Positions 1 through 13,599 of a stretch of DNA of 64,000 bases are shown here, piece after piece. The notes under the pieces were generated by a model. It had not been told where the DNA came from and searched no databases. It saw only the letters and a program-made list of their open reading frames with translations. This DNA is from Squalus acanthias. Taxonomy: Eukaryota. The stretch covers positions 124,001 to 188,000 of the forward strand of contig JASTWF010000344.1 in assembly GCA_030390025.1 (NCBI GenBank), in the 5' to 3' direction. Numbering within the stretch: position 1 is the stretch's first letter; each line of letters begins with the position of its first letter. The translations under genes were made by a program, and so were the position numbers.

Positions 1-340
1 TCCAAATGTACAACTACACACAAATCCACCCAGATTCTTATCGGTTTTAACCAGATTATTCCCAAGCCAGTTTACACAGGATGATCTGACGGATGGCTCC
101 ACACACCTTTTGGGGAATCATCACACTACTGTGCTATACAGCCAGATATCTGTCCTGCTTCCCCCACACCAGCTCTTCACTGTAATATTCCAATGAATCA
201 GAACTTCTGATCGTGAAATTGCGCATCATTAACCCCATAATGTAAACTCAGCCCTTGTTGTCGCAATATGAAACCCAGTGTGTTCCCAGCAGCTGCCCTG
301 ACCCTGGCACCATGAACTTGTGCAGCTGCACGCGTCGTAC

Positions 341-484
341 CTGCTTTGCTCCCAGGACCACTGGGACCATACATTCAGGCTCCGTGGCCTGTGTGCTCTC
401 ATCAATCAGAATGGAACGGAACTGCATCTTAGCCAAGCGTGGGTCACCAGCTCCTACACAGGTGCAGCAGATAACGTCTGCATT
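341..484 (-). CDS. UPF1: UPF1 exon 14 (144 nt, [14 protein letters not shown]...[23 protein letters not shown]; Walker B)
   Basis: Inside ORF 248..490; TTGCAG| acceptor and CAG|GTACGA donor. Later exons lie beyond the left edge. Confidence 0.98.
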
Positions 485-683
485 CTGCAAAAGAATACAG
501 CACAGCAGGTTTAGGAGGCAAAAACTCAGTCAGAACACCCCCCCACCCTCCCCGGCCCGGGACACCAAACTGACTAACATTCAGCAGTGTGAATATGATT
601 TTTGTAGCGGGTACCCAACACGTGCACTCTGGGAGCTACGGAGCACTCGATTTAGTGAAGTGGAAGGCAGAGGACAGAGATTA

Positions 684-836
<153 letters not shown>

Positions 837-2149
837 TTAGTGTAAACTCCAGTTACTAACCACACCAAGGATCACGCACAGAAGCCAGAGATATGAGCCA
901 CATCATCACACCCATTTTGATTACTGTCTAAGCAGCACTGGATGCCAATGGATGTGAGCAACGTATTTTACTCCTGCAGTTACTGGTGGGCCTCATCCCA
1001 GAGCAGATATCCACCTGGCCAGATTTAGTCACACTCATCCTTCTACTCCGTTCAGACCAGCCAATGGAAGCCTCCAAGAGGACTGGGATCACTCTGATGA
1101 AAGACCACCTGCACTGAGGAACAGCTTTTATCATCTACACGGAAGTTGCTGCTTTAGTCTGTGTGGAGTGCCGAACCACAAATAAAGTTCATGAGTTTAG
1201 AGAGCGAGAAGCTGAGCCACACGGGGCAGGAATGTCCCAGGTTTGATCCAGAGTTTGAACGGAGTTAAAAATTTAGACAAGGCTCCCACTCCTGATCACT
1301 ATACAGTGAAGATAGCACGTGGCTTGGGTGAGGGGCGCTATGATGCTCTTATGTGGTCAAACACTCAGTCTCGAGGCTAAATGAATGGTCACTTTGCCAG
1401 AGTGGAGTCTACACCTTCAGAGATGCAGTAAAAAGAAAGAGACATCAGCATTTCAGAGAGTGGACTCAGACCCACCAATCACCACCTTGTTTTGGTTACA
1501 AGCTATTCCAGTCCACTGTCTGATCTTTGACATACGCGAGACTGCTATCATAGGCCAGGGTCCCGCACAGGATTTGTGCATTCACCCTTTTTATCATGGT
1601 GGATAATTCCACACCCAAGTGCTAGGAATAATTAACATGCATCAGTGGGCTATTAATTGGCAAAAGAATCTAACCAGGATGGCCCCAACACAAACAGTAC
1701 TTGATAAACACCAGAAGTTGTCTACGGTATGAATGTGTGGGAGTGATGGAGTCTACTGTCCACTGTTTGAGTAAAGCACTGAGGGAGTGCTGCACTACGA
1801 CACTATTGGACGAAGAGCAGAGGAGTTCTCCCAGTGTCCTGGCCAACATTTATCCCTCAATCACCACCAAAAAAACCCCAGATTAACTGGTCATTCATCT
1901 CAATGCGGTCGGTGGGACTTTGCTGTGAGCAAACTGATGGTCACCTTTGCCTACAGAACAAAGATTGTCTGTGAAGAGCTCTGGGACACTGAGGGTGTGA
2001 AAGGCGGAACCCAGAAACAATCAATGAGTCTATTATCCGCCAGGGCACCCTATCCCACACTTCAGTTCAAAGTAAACACGGGATCATCTACAGATGCTGG
2101 CTTTTGTGCTGTCCATGAGAAAAGGCCACCAGGCAACAGCTGCTTCTTA

Positions 2150-2338
<189 letters not shown>

Positions 2339-2339
2339 T

Positions 2340-2840
2340 TAGAACCCGGCAGCACCAGTCCACCCAACAGGACACCAATAGAACCCTGCATCACCAGCCC
2401 ACCCAACAGGACACCAATAGAAACCCTGCAGGACCAGCCCACCCAACAGGACACCAATAGTACCCTGCATCACCAGCCCACCCAACAGGACACCAATAGA
2501 ACCCTGCAGGACCAGCCCACCCAACAAGACACCAATAGAAACCCTGCAGCACCAGCCCACCCAACAGGACACCAATAGAACCCTGCAGCATGAGCCCACC
2601 CAACAGGACACCAATAGAAACCCTGCAGGACCAGCCCACCCAACAGGACACCAATAGAACCCTGCAGGACCAGCCCACCCAACAGGACACCAATAGAAAC
2701 CCTGCAGCACCAGGACACCAATAGAACCCTGCAGCACCAGCCCACCCAACAGGACACCAATAGAACCCTGCAGGACCAGCCCACCCAACAGGACACCAAT
2801 AGAAACCCTGCAGCACCAGCCCACCCAACAGGACACCAAT
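2340..2840. repeat. Minisatellite, 39-40 bp unit (AGAACCCTGCAGSACCAGCCCACCCAACAGGACACCAAT), about 13 copies
   Basis: Directly visible; one internally deleted unit near 2700. Confidence 0.97.
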
Positions 2841-3419
2841 CATTTATTTCATGGTTATTCTGAAGTGCACCCCAGACGATTTTATACAACCAGGGTGCCC
2901 TGGGCGGACAGTAAAATCTGCATTTTACTGGTGTACCAGGTATATGCAAGAACTCAAAGAATTTCTAGGAATAGGAAATGGCTATTAGGTTCAACAAGTC
3001 CATCCCCTTTTAACCGACCTAAACCCACCCCAATATAGCTCACGGTTGATGAGAAATTCAGATCTTCACACTAATTGATGAAGCAGTTAAATAGCTCACG
3101 CAAACCAGTTTCCTAAATATGGATTTTTTTTTAAAATGGACTCCCATGTTGGCATTAGATTCTCTCATGATCAATTGAGCAATCAGCGAGAGCTGTCCTT
3201 TGTTAGACCAAGTTAATAGGACTGCACCTAAGACTTTCCTAAAACCGATGCACTGATAGTGAGGAAATATACACATGAACCCAGGCGATATTAATAATCT
3301 TTATGTTCAGATTCATGATAAAAAAACAACTGGCTGAAGGAAAAACTGGTTAGGGTAAGTATTGCGGAGTGAACGCAGGACCTCACAACTGCAATCATAA
3401 TGGGGGGGCTATTCTGGCC

Positions 3420-3672
3420 TCTTGCGCATCCCCGATTTTTAATCGCCCCACCATTGGTGGCCGTGCCTTCAGCTGCCTAGGCCCTATGCTCTGGAATTCC
3501 CTCCATAAACCTCTCCATCTCTCTCTGCTCCTTTAAGACACTCCTTAAAACTTACCACCTTGTCCCAATGTGGCTCGGGGTCAAATTTTGTTTGATAATG
3601 CTCCTGTGAAGCGCCTTGGGACATTGCACTATGTTAAAGGTGATATATAAATGCAAGTTGTATTGTTGCTGC
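3420..3672 (+). mobile_element. L2-like LINE 3' end
   Basis: Matches 29960-30245. Confidence 0.8.
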
Positions 3673-4142
3673 TGAGTGGGATAAACACTATATTTAAAAC
3701 TTTATTAATGTTAAAGGAGGCAAAATTTTCTATTGTCAATGTATAGTTGCGATTCTGGATATTTAAAACGTGGAAATCTCAACAAACACCACACCAGAAA
3801 GTCTGCATTAGGGGCTGTAAAATGGACATAATTCTCCCGAGCAGCTTTGAGTTTCACTGATGACCCTAGGAGACTCAATCACAACATTCCACTCCTATAG
3901 CAACTCTCGTGGGACAGAGTTGAACAGTCAATCACAAACTAAACATCATTGCAAAGTCTACCTTATGTTGAATAAAACATTGAAACTCAAAGATACGCTA
4001 ACTACAAAAACTTGCACTTATATAGTACCATAACAGAGTTGCCAAAGGCACTTTACAAACAGAAATAGACAGGCAAATGGACATAATCATGGAGGGAGAG
4101 CTTGGGGCATTGAATCAAAGCCTAATCAAAAATATGGACACA

Positions 4143-4908
4143 GAACATAACATAAGAAACAGGAGCAGGAGATTTGGCCCTTCGAGCCTGCTCCGCCATT
4201 CAGTAAGATCATGGCTGATCTTCTAGCTTATCTCCACTTTCCTGAACTATCCCCATATCCCTTGATTCCCTTAATATTCAAAAATCTATCGATCTCTGTC
4301 TTGAATATACTCAACGACTGAGCCTCCACAGCCCTCTGGGGTAGAGAATTCCAAAGATTCACCACCGTCTGAATGAAGAAATTACTCCTCATTTCAGTCC
4401 TAAATAGAAACATAGAAGATAGGAGCAGGAGTAGGCCATTCGGCCCCTCGAGCCTGCTCCGCCATTCGATGAGATCATGGCTGATCATCCAAACTCAGTA
4501 CCCTGTACCTGCCTTCTCCCCATATCCCTTGATACCTTTAGCTTTAAGAAATATATGGCAGACCCTTTATTCTGACCTCTGGTTCTAGACTCCCCAGCCA
4601 GAGGAAACATCCTCCCTGCATCTACCCGGTCAGAATTTTGTATGTTTCAATGAGATCACCTCTCATTCCTCTAAACTCTAGAGAATATAGGCCTAGTCTA
4701 CTCAATCTCTCCTCATAGGACAATCCCCCCATCCCAGGAACCAGTCTGGTGAACCTTCGTTGCACTCTCTCTATGGCAAGTATATCCTTCCTTAGATAAG
4801 GAGACCAAAACTGTGCACAATACTCCAGGTGTGGTCTCACCAGGGCCCTATATAATTGCAATAAGACGTCTTTACTCTTATACTCAAATCCTTTTGTAAT
4901 AAAGGCCA
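4143..4908 (-). mobile_element. CR1 3' fragment containing a second short CR1 3'-UTR insertion (about 4406-4555)
   Basis: ORF 4622..4861 (LYRALVRPHLEYC); two separate CR1 tails. Confidence 0.9.
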
Positions 4909-5794
4909 GAGAAAGCTTTTAAAAGAGAAAGGGGAAAGGCAATGGAGTTTCAGGAAGGAGCTGCAGAAAGTAGGACCAAGACAATGGTAGGACAAGAAGA
5001 CATTAGAACGGAGGAGGGAAGTTAAGGAGGAAATCGCGGAGGTACTCGACATAATCTTCCAATCCTCCTTAGGTACGGAGGTGGTGCCAGAGGACTGGAG
5101 AATTGCAAATGTTACACCCTTGTTCAAAAAAGGGTGCAAGGATAAACCCAGCAACTACAGGCCCGTCAGTTTAACCTCGGTAATGGGGAAGCTTTTAGAA
5201 ACGATAATCAGGGACAAAGTTAACAGTCACTTGGACAAGTCTGGATTAATTAAGGAAAGCTAGCACGGATTTGTTAAAGGCAAATCATGTTTAACTAATT
5301 TGATCGAGTTTTTTGATGAGGTAACAGAGAGGGTTGATGAGGGTAATGCAGTTGGTGTAGCGTACATGGATTTCCAAAAGGTGTTTGATAAAGTGCCACA
5401 TAATAGGCTGGCCAGCAAAGTTGAAGCCCATGGAATAAAAGGGACAGTGGCAGCATGGATATGAAATTGGCTAAGTGTCAGGAAACAGAGCAGTGGTGAA
5501 TGGTTGTTTTTCCAGACTGGAGGAAGGTATACAGCGGTGGTTCCCCAAGGGTCGGATCAAGGACCACTGCTTTTCTTGATATACATTAATGACTTGGACT
5601 TGGGTGTACAGGGCACAGTTTTGAAATTTGCAGATGACAAAATGTGGACGTATAGTGAACAGTGAGGAGGACAGTGATAGACATCAAGACAGAGACAGAC
5701 AGGCTGGTGAAATGGACGGACACGTGGCAGATGAAATTTAATGCAGAAAAGTGCGGTGATACATTTTGATAGGAAGAACGAGGAGGTGCAATAT

Positions 5795-6223
5795 AGAAAG
5801 ACTTACATTTATATAGCGCCTTTCACGACCACTGGACGTCTCAAAGCGCTTTACAGCCAATGAAGTACTGTCACTGTTGTATCGCGGCAGCCAATTTGCG
5901 CACAGCAAGGTCCCAAAAACAGCAATGTGATAATGATCAGATAATCTGTTTTTGTTATGTTGGTTGAAGGATAAATATTGGCCAGGACACCGGGGAGAAC
6001 TCCCCTGCTCTTCTTCGAAATAGTGGCATGGGATCTTTTACGTACACCCAAGAGGGCAGACAGTTTAACGTCTCATCTGAAAGACGGCACCTCCAACAGT
6101 GCAGCACTCCCTCAGCACTGCAGTGTCAGCCTAGCTTTATATGCTCAAGTCCCTGGAGTGGGACTTGAACCCACAACCTTCTGACTCAGACGAGTGTGCT
6201 ACCAACTGAGCCACAGCAGACAC
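5795..6223 (-). mobile_element. DeuSINE, near full length, inserted in a CR1
   Basis: Reverse-complement match to the 44571 copy. Confidence 0.87.
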
Positions 6224-6278
6224 TAAACTAAAGGGTACAATTCTAAAGGGGGTGCATGAACAGAGAGGCCTGGGGGTA

Positions 6279-6434
6279 CAAAAACAAAATACTGCGGATG
6301 CTGGAAATCCGAGATAAAAACAGAAAATGCTGGAAATACTCAGGAGGTCAGGCAGCATCTGTGGAGAGAGCAACAGAGTTAACGTTTCAGGTCGATGACC
6401 CTTCATCGACCTGAAACGTTAACTCTGTTTCTCC
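6279..6434. mobile_element. Second Penelope-like terminal fragment with a 27-bp-arm hairpin
   Basis: Arms 6372-6398 and 6403-6429; flanked by the near-duplicated host sequence GAGAGGCCTGGGGGTA / GAGACCTGGGGGGTA. Confidence 0.65.
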
Positions 6435-7129
6435 GAGACCTGGGGGGTATGTGTTCACAAATCGTTGAAGGTGGCAGGGCAGGTTGAGAAAGCGGTTAAA
6501 AAAGCATATGGGATCCCGGGCTTCATAAATAGAGGCATAGAGTACAAAAGCAAGGAAGTTGTGATGAACCTTTATAAAACACTGGTTCGGCCTCAACTGG
6601 AGTATTGTGTCCAATTCTGGGCACCGCACTTTAGGAAGGATGTGAAGGCCTTAGAGAGTGCAGAAAAGATTTACAAAAATTACATAGGATTACATAGGAT
6701 ATACGGCACAGAAACAGGCCATTCGGTCCAACCAGTCCATGCCGGCGTTTATGCTCCACTCAAGCCTCCTCCCGTCATTCCTCATCTAACTATCAGCATA
6801 ACCCTCTATTCTCTTTTCCCTCATGCTTGTCTAGCCTCCCCTTAAATGCATCTATACTATTCGCTTCAACCACTCTGGGGTAGCGAGTTCCACATTCTCA
6901 CCACTCTTTGGGTAAAGAAGTTTCTGCTGAATTCCCTATTGGATTTCTTGGTGACTATCTTATATTGATGGCCTCTAGTTATGCTCTTCCCCACAAGTGG
7001 AAACATTCTCTCTGTATCTACTCTATCCATAATTTTAAACATGATGTGGAGATGCCGGTGTTGGACTGGGGTGGACAAATGTGAGAAGTCGCACAACACC
7101 AGGTTATAGTCCAACAGCTTTATTTGAAA

Positions 7130-7166
7130 TCACAAGCTTTCGGAGCGCTGCTCCTTCGTCAGGTGA
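7130..7166 (-). ncRNA. Minimal type I hammerhead ribozyme motif on the UPF1 sense strand
   Basis: UCAC-CUGACGA-A-GGAGC(AGC)GCUCC-GAA-AGCU-U-GUGA: stem I UCAC/GUGA, 5-bp stem II, palindromic AGCU in place of stem III. Confidence 0.65.
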
Positions 7167-7174
7167 AGTGGATT

Positions 7175-7211
7175 TCACCTGACGAAGGAGCAGCGCTCCG
7201 AAAGCTTGTGA
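7175..7211 (+). ncRNA. Minimal type I hammerhead ribozyme motif (mirror copy)
   Basis: Identical sequence in the other arm of the palindrome. Confidence 0.65.
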
Positions 7212-9169
7212 TTTCAAATAAAGCTGTTGGACTATAACCTGGTGTTGTGCGACTTCTCACATAATTTTAAAGACCTCTATTAGGTCACCCCTCAGCCTTC
7301 TATTTTCGAGAGAAAATATACCCAGCCTGTTCATCCTTTCCTGATATGTATACCCTGGCATTTCTGGTATCATCCTTGTAAATCTTCTCTGCACCCTCTA
7401 TATCCTTTTTATAATATGGCGACCAGAACTGTACGCAGTATTCCAAGTGTGGTCTAACCGAGGTTCGATACAGGTTCAGCATACCTTCCCTACTTTTCAA
7501 TTCTATCCCTCTAGAAATAAACCCTAGTGCTTGGTTTGCTTTTTTTTTTTTTAAATGGCCTTGCTAACCTGTGACGCAACTTTTAGTGATTTGTGTATTT
7601 GTATTCCTAGATCTCTTTGTTCCTCTACCCCACCTAGACTCGCACACTCCAAGTGATAAGTGACCTCCCTTTTCTTCCTACCAAAATGTAATACCTCACA
7701 CTTATCTGTGTTGAACTTCAATGGTTCCAGGGATGAGGGACTTCAGTCACACAGATAGACTGGAGAAGCTGGTGTTGTTCTCCTTGGAGCAGAGAAGGAT
7801 GAGAGGAGATTTGATAGAGATGTTCAAAATCATGAGGGGTCCAGACAGAGTAGATAGAAAGAAACTGTTCCCATTGGCAGAAGGGTCGAGAACCAGAGGA
7901 CACAGATTTAAGGTGATTGGCAGAAGAACCAAAGGCGACATTAGGAAAAAAAAAATTACGCAGCGAGGGGTTAGAATCTGGAATGCACTGCCTGAAAGGG
8001 TGGAGGAGACAGACTCAATCGTGGCTTTCAAAAGGGAGTTGGTTAAGTACCTGAAGGAAATTTTTTTGCATGGCTACGGGGAAAGGGTGGGGGAGTGGGA
8101 CTAGCTGAGGTGCTCTTGCAGAGAGTCGGCACGGGCTCGACGGGCCGATTGGCCTCCTTCTGTGCTGTAACCATTCTATGATTCTATAGGAGGTTGAGAC
8201 AAGGCTGTGACGGGATCTGAAGATGAGGAGTTTAAATTGAATACACCTTGCGACAGTGAGCCAGTGCAGTCAGCAGGAAGGGGTAAATAGGCAGTTAGCA
8301 TGGACAAAGCTATGAACAGCAGTTGGAGTTTGTGGCAGGTGCAGGATGGACAGCCAGAGAGTAAGCCATTGGAGTAATCAAGTCTTGAGGTAACAAAATC
8401 ATGGAGAAGGGTTTCAGTGGTGCAAGGGCTCAGAGGTGGGTGGAGGCAGGAAATGTTGCACAGGCAAAAACAGGTAGCCTTGGTGATGGACAGGATGTGC
8501 GGTTTGAAGCTCAGCTCAAGATCAAACAAGCTTTTGTACGATCTGGTTCAGCCTGAGCAAGTGGTTGTGGAGGGAAATGGAACCAGTGTCAAGGGAGCTG
8601 AGTTTGTCAGATTCCCAAAACCATGGCTTCATCTTCCCAAGGTCATGGCTCATCCACAGTGACGCGAGACTGGTAATCGGACAGTGTGGAGGAGGCTGAG
8701 GGAGGTAAAGGAGAGGTAGAGATGGGCGACGCCAGTCAACATATGGAAGCTGAGCCTATGACTGGATTATGTAACCATGGGCAACACGTGGAGAAGGAAG
8801 TGGATAGAACCTCAGGGGACTCCAGAACCGATGGCCAAGATGAAGAGAAGTCACTGCTGAGATGTGCTGGCAGCGTTTGGATAGCTAGCTAGGTCTGGAA
8901 AAACACAAGCATAGTCTGACAGTGATGGACAATATAGGTGGCGATGGTGGAGGATGGATGGCCCATCAAATGCTGCAGAGGTTGAGAAGGACAAGGAGAG
9001 ATAACACAGCACAGTGAGAGAGGAGGCTCTTGCGACTTTGGCCATCTCCATGCTGTGATCAGGACAGAAACTAGACGGGAACTGCACTGAAACGAGTGTG
9101 CGTTTATAAAATTATAGCTGTACCATAAAACGTTTCTCTTTGTGCAAGTGTGAGTGGAGGTGCTGCTTA

Positions 9170-9301
<132 letters not shown>

Positions 9302-9703
9302 TTAAAACAGGATCGCATCAATCACGGATGACTATCTTACACCAGTCACTCTGGCAGTGCTAATGTACCTCACTGCACTGCAACTAATAATTACACTTCC
9401 ACTTTCAGTACTTCATTCCATTGACATGAGCAGGCCCTTCAAAACTGCTGCAACCCAAACAGTTTGTGAGCGGCGTCTAGATTGCATCGAACGGTTTACA
9501 GCCACTAAATGTTGCACATTTCACTGAACAGTATAATCTCAGCTGCAGGAGCATGTGTTTGCATACAATTAAATGTGCTAAAGATACTCTGATGTAAACA
9601 CACAGTGCATAAACAGATTTAAACACATACAAGTATGCTGCAGTACAAAGTGACTCATCATAGCAATACAGCTGTAAAGCTCTTTACAGTGGAGAGTTTC
9701 ACT

Positions 9704-10259
9704 GGTCAGATTCTAGTACACAGAACTATTAGCAGATTAAAGCCTGCAATGTGGAGTAGAGAGGAAAACTATTGTATTCATGTTGTACCATCAGTAAAAT
9801 ATTGAGGCCATACAACGGTCAGGTGCGTGAATGAGTCAGATCATTTCCTGCACACCTGTTTCATTACTAACAGATACACAGTGCACAGATTAACCAATCA
9901 GAGGCAGTAAGGAACCATTAACGGCAGGTTTGTTTCTTATAACAGCCGTTCCTGTGGCAGCAGCACTAAAATAAATATGGTGTTGCTGCCCCCCCCCCCC
10001 CCCCGCGACGCAGGGGCACCAGAACCCCCCCACCCACCCGAGGCAGGGACACCGGTCCCTCCAGAGGCTGCAGCACCACAGTGAGCACATGCTGCCATCT
10101 TGCGGTGACCTGAATGGTTTAATGTGTGCGGACAGACTAACAATGCAGTTTCTCTTGGTTGCCTGGGTAACTGTCCCAATCCTGGCCGAGGCTACAGCAG
10201 CAAAGGCTGCAAATCAGGATGTGGGAAAATTTGATTCCTTGTTGTTCTAGAATCTTCCC
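9704..10259. mobile_element. Possible old non-autonomous DNA element
   Basis: Imperfect inverted ends AGATTCTAGTACA / TGTTCTAGAATCT around a GC-rich core; no TSD confirmed. Confidence 0.35.
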
Positions 10260-10554
10260 TGCATGTAATGGAGGCTTACCACACAGTACAGAGAAACTCC
10301 AGAATATTGTAGAGCTGGCATTTCATTACAGCAGAGGCTCTCGAGGGATAACAGTGCCATGGATTTGTTTTATCTACAGGTCAGGCACAGTGAGCAGTCA
10401 GGCTACTCTGCCTCTCTGTCCAGCTATGTTTGGCATCAGGTTTACTGATTGAGAGGACACACGCTGGATTTGAAGAAGTTACTGAGCTGACACAGGGATG
10501 TATATACTTGGTGCTTACATTCAGAACAAGTCCACTTTGATGAGAAGTCACTTA

Positions 10555-10785
<231 letters not shown>

Positions 10786-13086
10786 TCAGCTCGCCAACCT
10801 AGCACAACAGGTCACAATACAAGCTCTCGCTGCAGTGAACAGAGTAGGCAGCGATGGTAATCCAATTACAAACCATTGGCCAAGTCCTAGAGACTCCCAC
10901 CATGGTTAGCTCAACCCACATGAACCCGTTAACTACACTGCGAGTCCCCAACTGCCTCTAATAATCGCGACCGAACCGTTATATATGCCAACATCAAGTG
11001 TTTATTGGTGTCCAACTGGTTTTGTTTGTCAGTCCCTCAATCTGTGTACAAAGAGCAAGTGATGTTTAAACTAGGAAAAGCTCCCCCAGTGGTGCCATAG
11101 GTTTGTCAAGTGAGTAGCTGAGCCCCCGGCCCAGGAAGCACCCAGCATGAACCCCCAATCTGTGCAGAGCTTGTTGATCGCGGCCTGGACAGCAACAGGA
11201 GAGCTGAAATTAGCCCCGGGTTATGGAGGCAAAAGAACAGCCAGGATCTCTGCTCCTGGAAAGGACTCTAATCAGACATGAAGATTGGCTTTTGTTGCTG
11301 TCAGATAGTAATGGCAAACAACCACCAGATGGTCAAGAGACCACTGCTCTCACCATATCTGAAGCGTTGAAAATGTTTAATATCTTAATTGCCTGACCGT
11401 TAAGTATCTGCCTGATTCAACAAAGAAATAATGGATATACAATTGGGCAGCAATCGGGTTCCTGGTTCACGAGTCAACCAATGGGAGCTCCATGGAGTCA
11501 CTATGTAATGCTTCAGAGATCCTCAAGTCAAAAACTACAGAAAACTATGTTTTCAAAAAAATTTTGCAGTACAAGTATTGTAACCTTAAGCTTCTTGCTG
11601 CGTTTTCTACTTCTGTGTAATTACCTCATTTGAAAATAAATCTTACTATTAGTTTTAGCCTGAAAGTAATAGTCTGATATTTCCTGTTTTTGCAAAAGGA
11701 CAAGAGTGAGTGGTGGCCACCTACGTGGTCCCCAGTATCTAACACCTTTATATTACGTATTCATTTTCAATAAATTTTGAACTTTCTTCAGATGAAAAAC
11801 AGAAAAGAAACTAGCAAAAATTGACAAATGTTATTTGACCTGGTTTTTTTTTGGGGGGGGGGGGGGGGGGGTGGGGAAGAGGGGAAAGAAAGAAAGAGAA
11901 GGGGGAGGAAGAGATGGGGACCCTAGTGAAGGAAGGAATGTACCATTTATATCACAGGTGAATCACTCAGGTCATTTGAATAATAATCAACAAGCATCTG
12001 AAAAGGGAGGTCATTTCCTGGGAAGAATGGCAAAATAAAAATACAGAATGGCTAACAGGTACAGGTTTTAATTCTACTTGTATGGAAAAAGCTTAAGGAT
12101 TTGCTACGCATACTCTTTCCTCACCTGTGCCTGCAATAAACATATCGACAGGACATGTAATTGGCAGCTGTGGTAACAGATTCTTACACTATGAGCCTGG
12201 CTCGGTTAAGCTATACCACAGACAGTGACTTTCATCTCTCATTTCCCTGAAATGGTGTAGATTGTTCGGAACTTAGTCGCTCACTTTTCTGATCAGTTTC
12301 ATGTCTATTTCACATTCAATGTTAGACTTGCACAAAATGTCACTGACTGCACAAGACAGCAACACTGACATTCAATTTCTGCAATCTCTAGCACTGCAAT
12401 ATTTTAATCACTCAGATCTGATATTCCTTTGAAAATTAGGGAATTGGATCTCTACTTAAAAAGGAAAAATTTGCAGGATTATGGGGAAACAGGAGAGCTG
12501 CATTAATTTGTAGCTGTTTCAGCCAAATGGCTTCCTTCTGTGCTGTATGGTTCTATGATTCTTTACTAGTGAGGCACTGCAATTTCAACTGCATTCACTT
12601 GAAATTATTAGGCATACATTCTACATGTGCAAAGGCTGCATCTTACGGATTAAAATTATTCACATCTGCAGCTCTGAGATTAGGTGAGACAACACCTATT
12701 ACACACACACACACCCACTTTTGGTTGTGATCTTACAACTGGACGTCACTTCCCACTGTATTAGTGATCTGTCTGTAACACCTTACTTACTTTCACAATA
12801 TTTTTAAAGACAGTTTAAACGCCTTTCTATAAACCAAGCACGTGCTGAGTAACTGTTGGCTACGATATTCATCCAACCAGCTAACCTCATGACATACTTG
12901 AGATTGCATCAGCCGTGTGGGATTGCTGGATCGATCAAACCGTGACCCGACTTGCACCCCCCCGCCATTTGCACTTGTTACAGTAGGGGATCTTGGTGCT
13001 GCCAAAATCCAAGGATAGTCTTTAGACAAAAAAATAACAGTTAATGCTATAGATTATGGGGCAAAGGTGGGAAAACTGGCAGCTTA

Positions 13087-13209
<123 letters not shown>

Positions 13210-13599
13210 TTAGGGACACAACGCTTAGCCTGACTGAGTCAGGCCCAACAGTGTCACACACACTCAACCTGCCGCCGTCCTCAAACACTCCAGAATTATC
13301 TAAATCAAATAACTTTTAAACATATTTATGTGCACATTAAAACGGTCACAACAGCCCACTGAATCAGTTGCGCTCTTAAACTTCCAGTTTTGTCTTGTGT
13401 GTGAAGTTTAAGAAAGCCTCATGAACTTGAATATATTTAGGAGAGGAGGACCACCTCTCCTGACTCTCTTTCCCCCCCCCCCCCCACCACAACCTGTTCC
13501 CAGACACGCAGTCAGGTAGCGCAAAGACTTTTTATACAGATCAGTTGGCTCTAAGCTGCAGAGTCCGGTCTGCCCATGGAGCATTTATCTGGATCACAT

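Larger units (their letters stand above)
7040..7259. mobile_element. Penelope-like terminal-repeat insert forming a perfect inverted repeat with hammerhead motifs
   Basis: Arms 7079-7167 and 7174-7262; flanking 12-bp duplication CATAATTTTAAA (7028-7039 and 7260-7271); CTGACGA...GAAA followed by AATAAA. Confidence 0.8.
6680..7720 (-). mobile_element. CR1 3' fragment nested antisense inside the 5005-8185 CR1
   Basis: ORFs 7300..7500 and 6866..7114; tandem TTACATAGGA tail at about 6680-6700. Confidence 0.9.
5005..8185 (+). mobile_element. CR1 RT/3' fragment interrupted by a SINE, a Penelope-like insert and an antisense CR1
   Basis: ORF pieces 5081.., 6465.. and 7721.. are collinear; ...AGATTTACAAAAAT resumes at AATGGTTCCAGGG (7720). 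Confidence 0.88.
4010..9085 (-). mobile_element. Old L2-like LINE 3' portion, split by younger insertions (pieces at about 4010-4140, 4910-5000 and 8186-9085)
   Basis: ORF 8176..8529 has the L2-type peptide ...SFKPHI...LLHDFVTSRLDYSNGLL; L2-like tail at about 4010. Confidence 0.6.

Noticed and set aside
841..910. C/D snoRNA candidates (RTGATGA on the minus strand at about 903 and 9656)
   Set aside because: No properly spaced D box with a terminal stem was found.
2340..2840. CRISPR-like regular array and overlapping long ORFs
   Set aside because: There are no unique spacers; it is a head-to-tail minisatellite in a eukaryotic intron and the ORFs are repeat artefacts.
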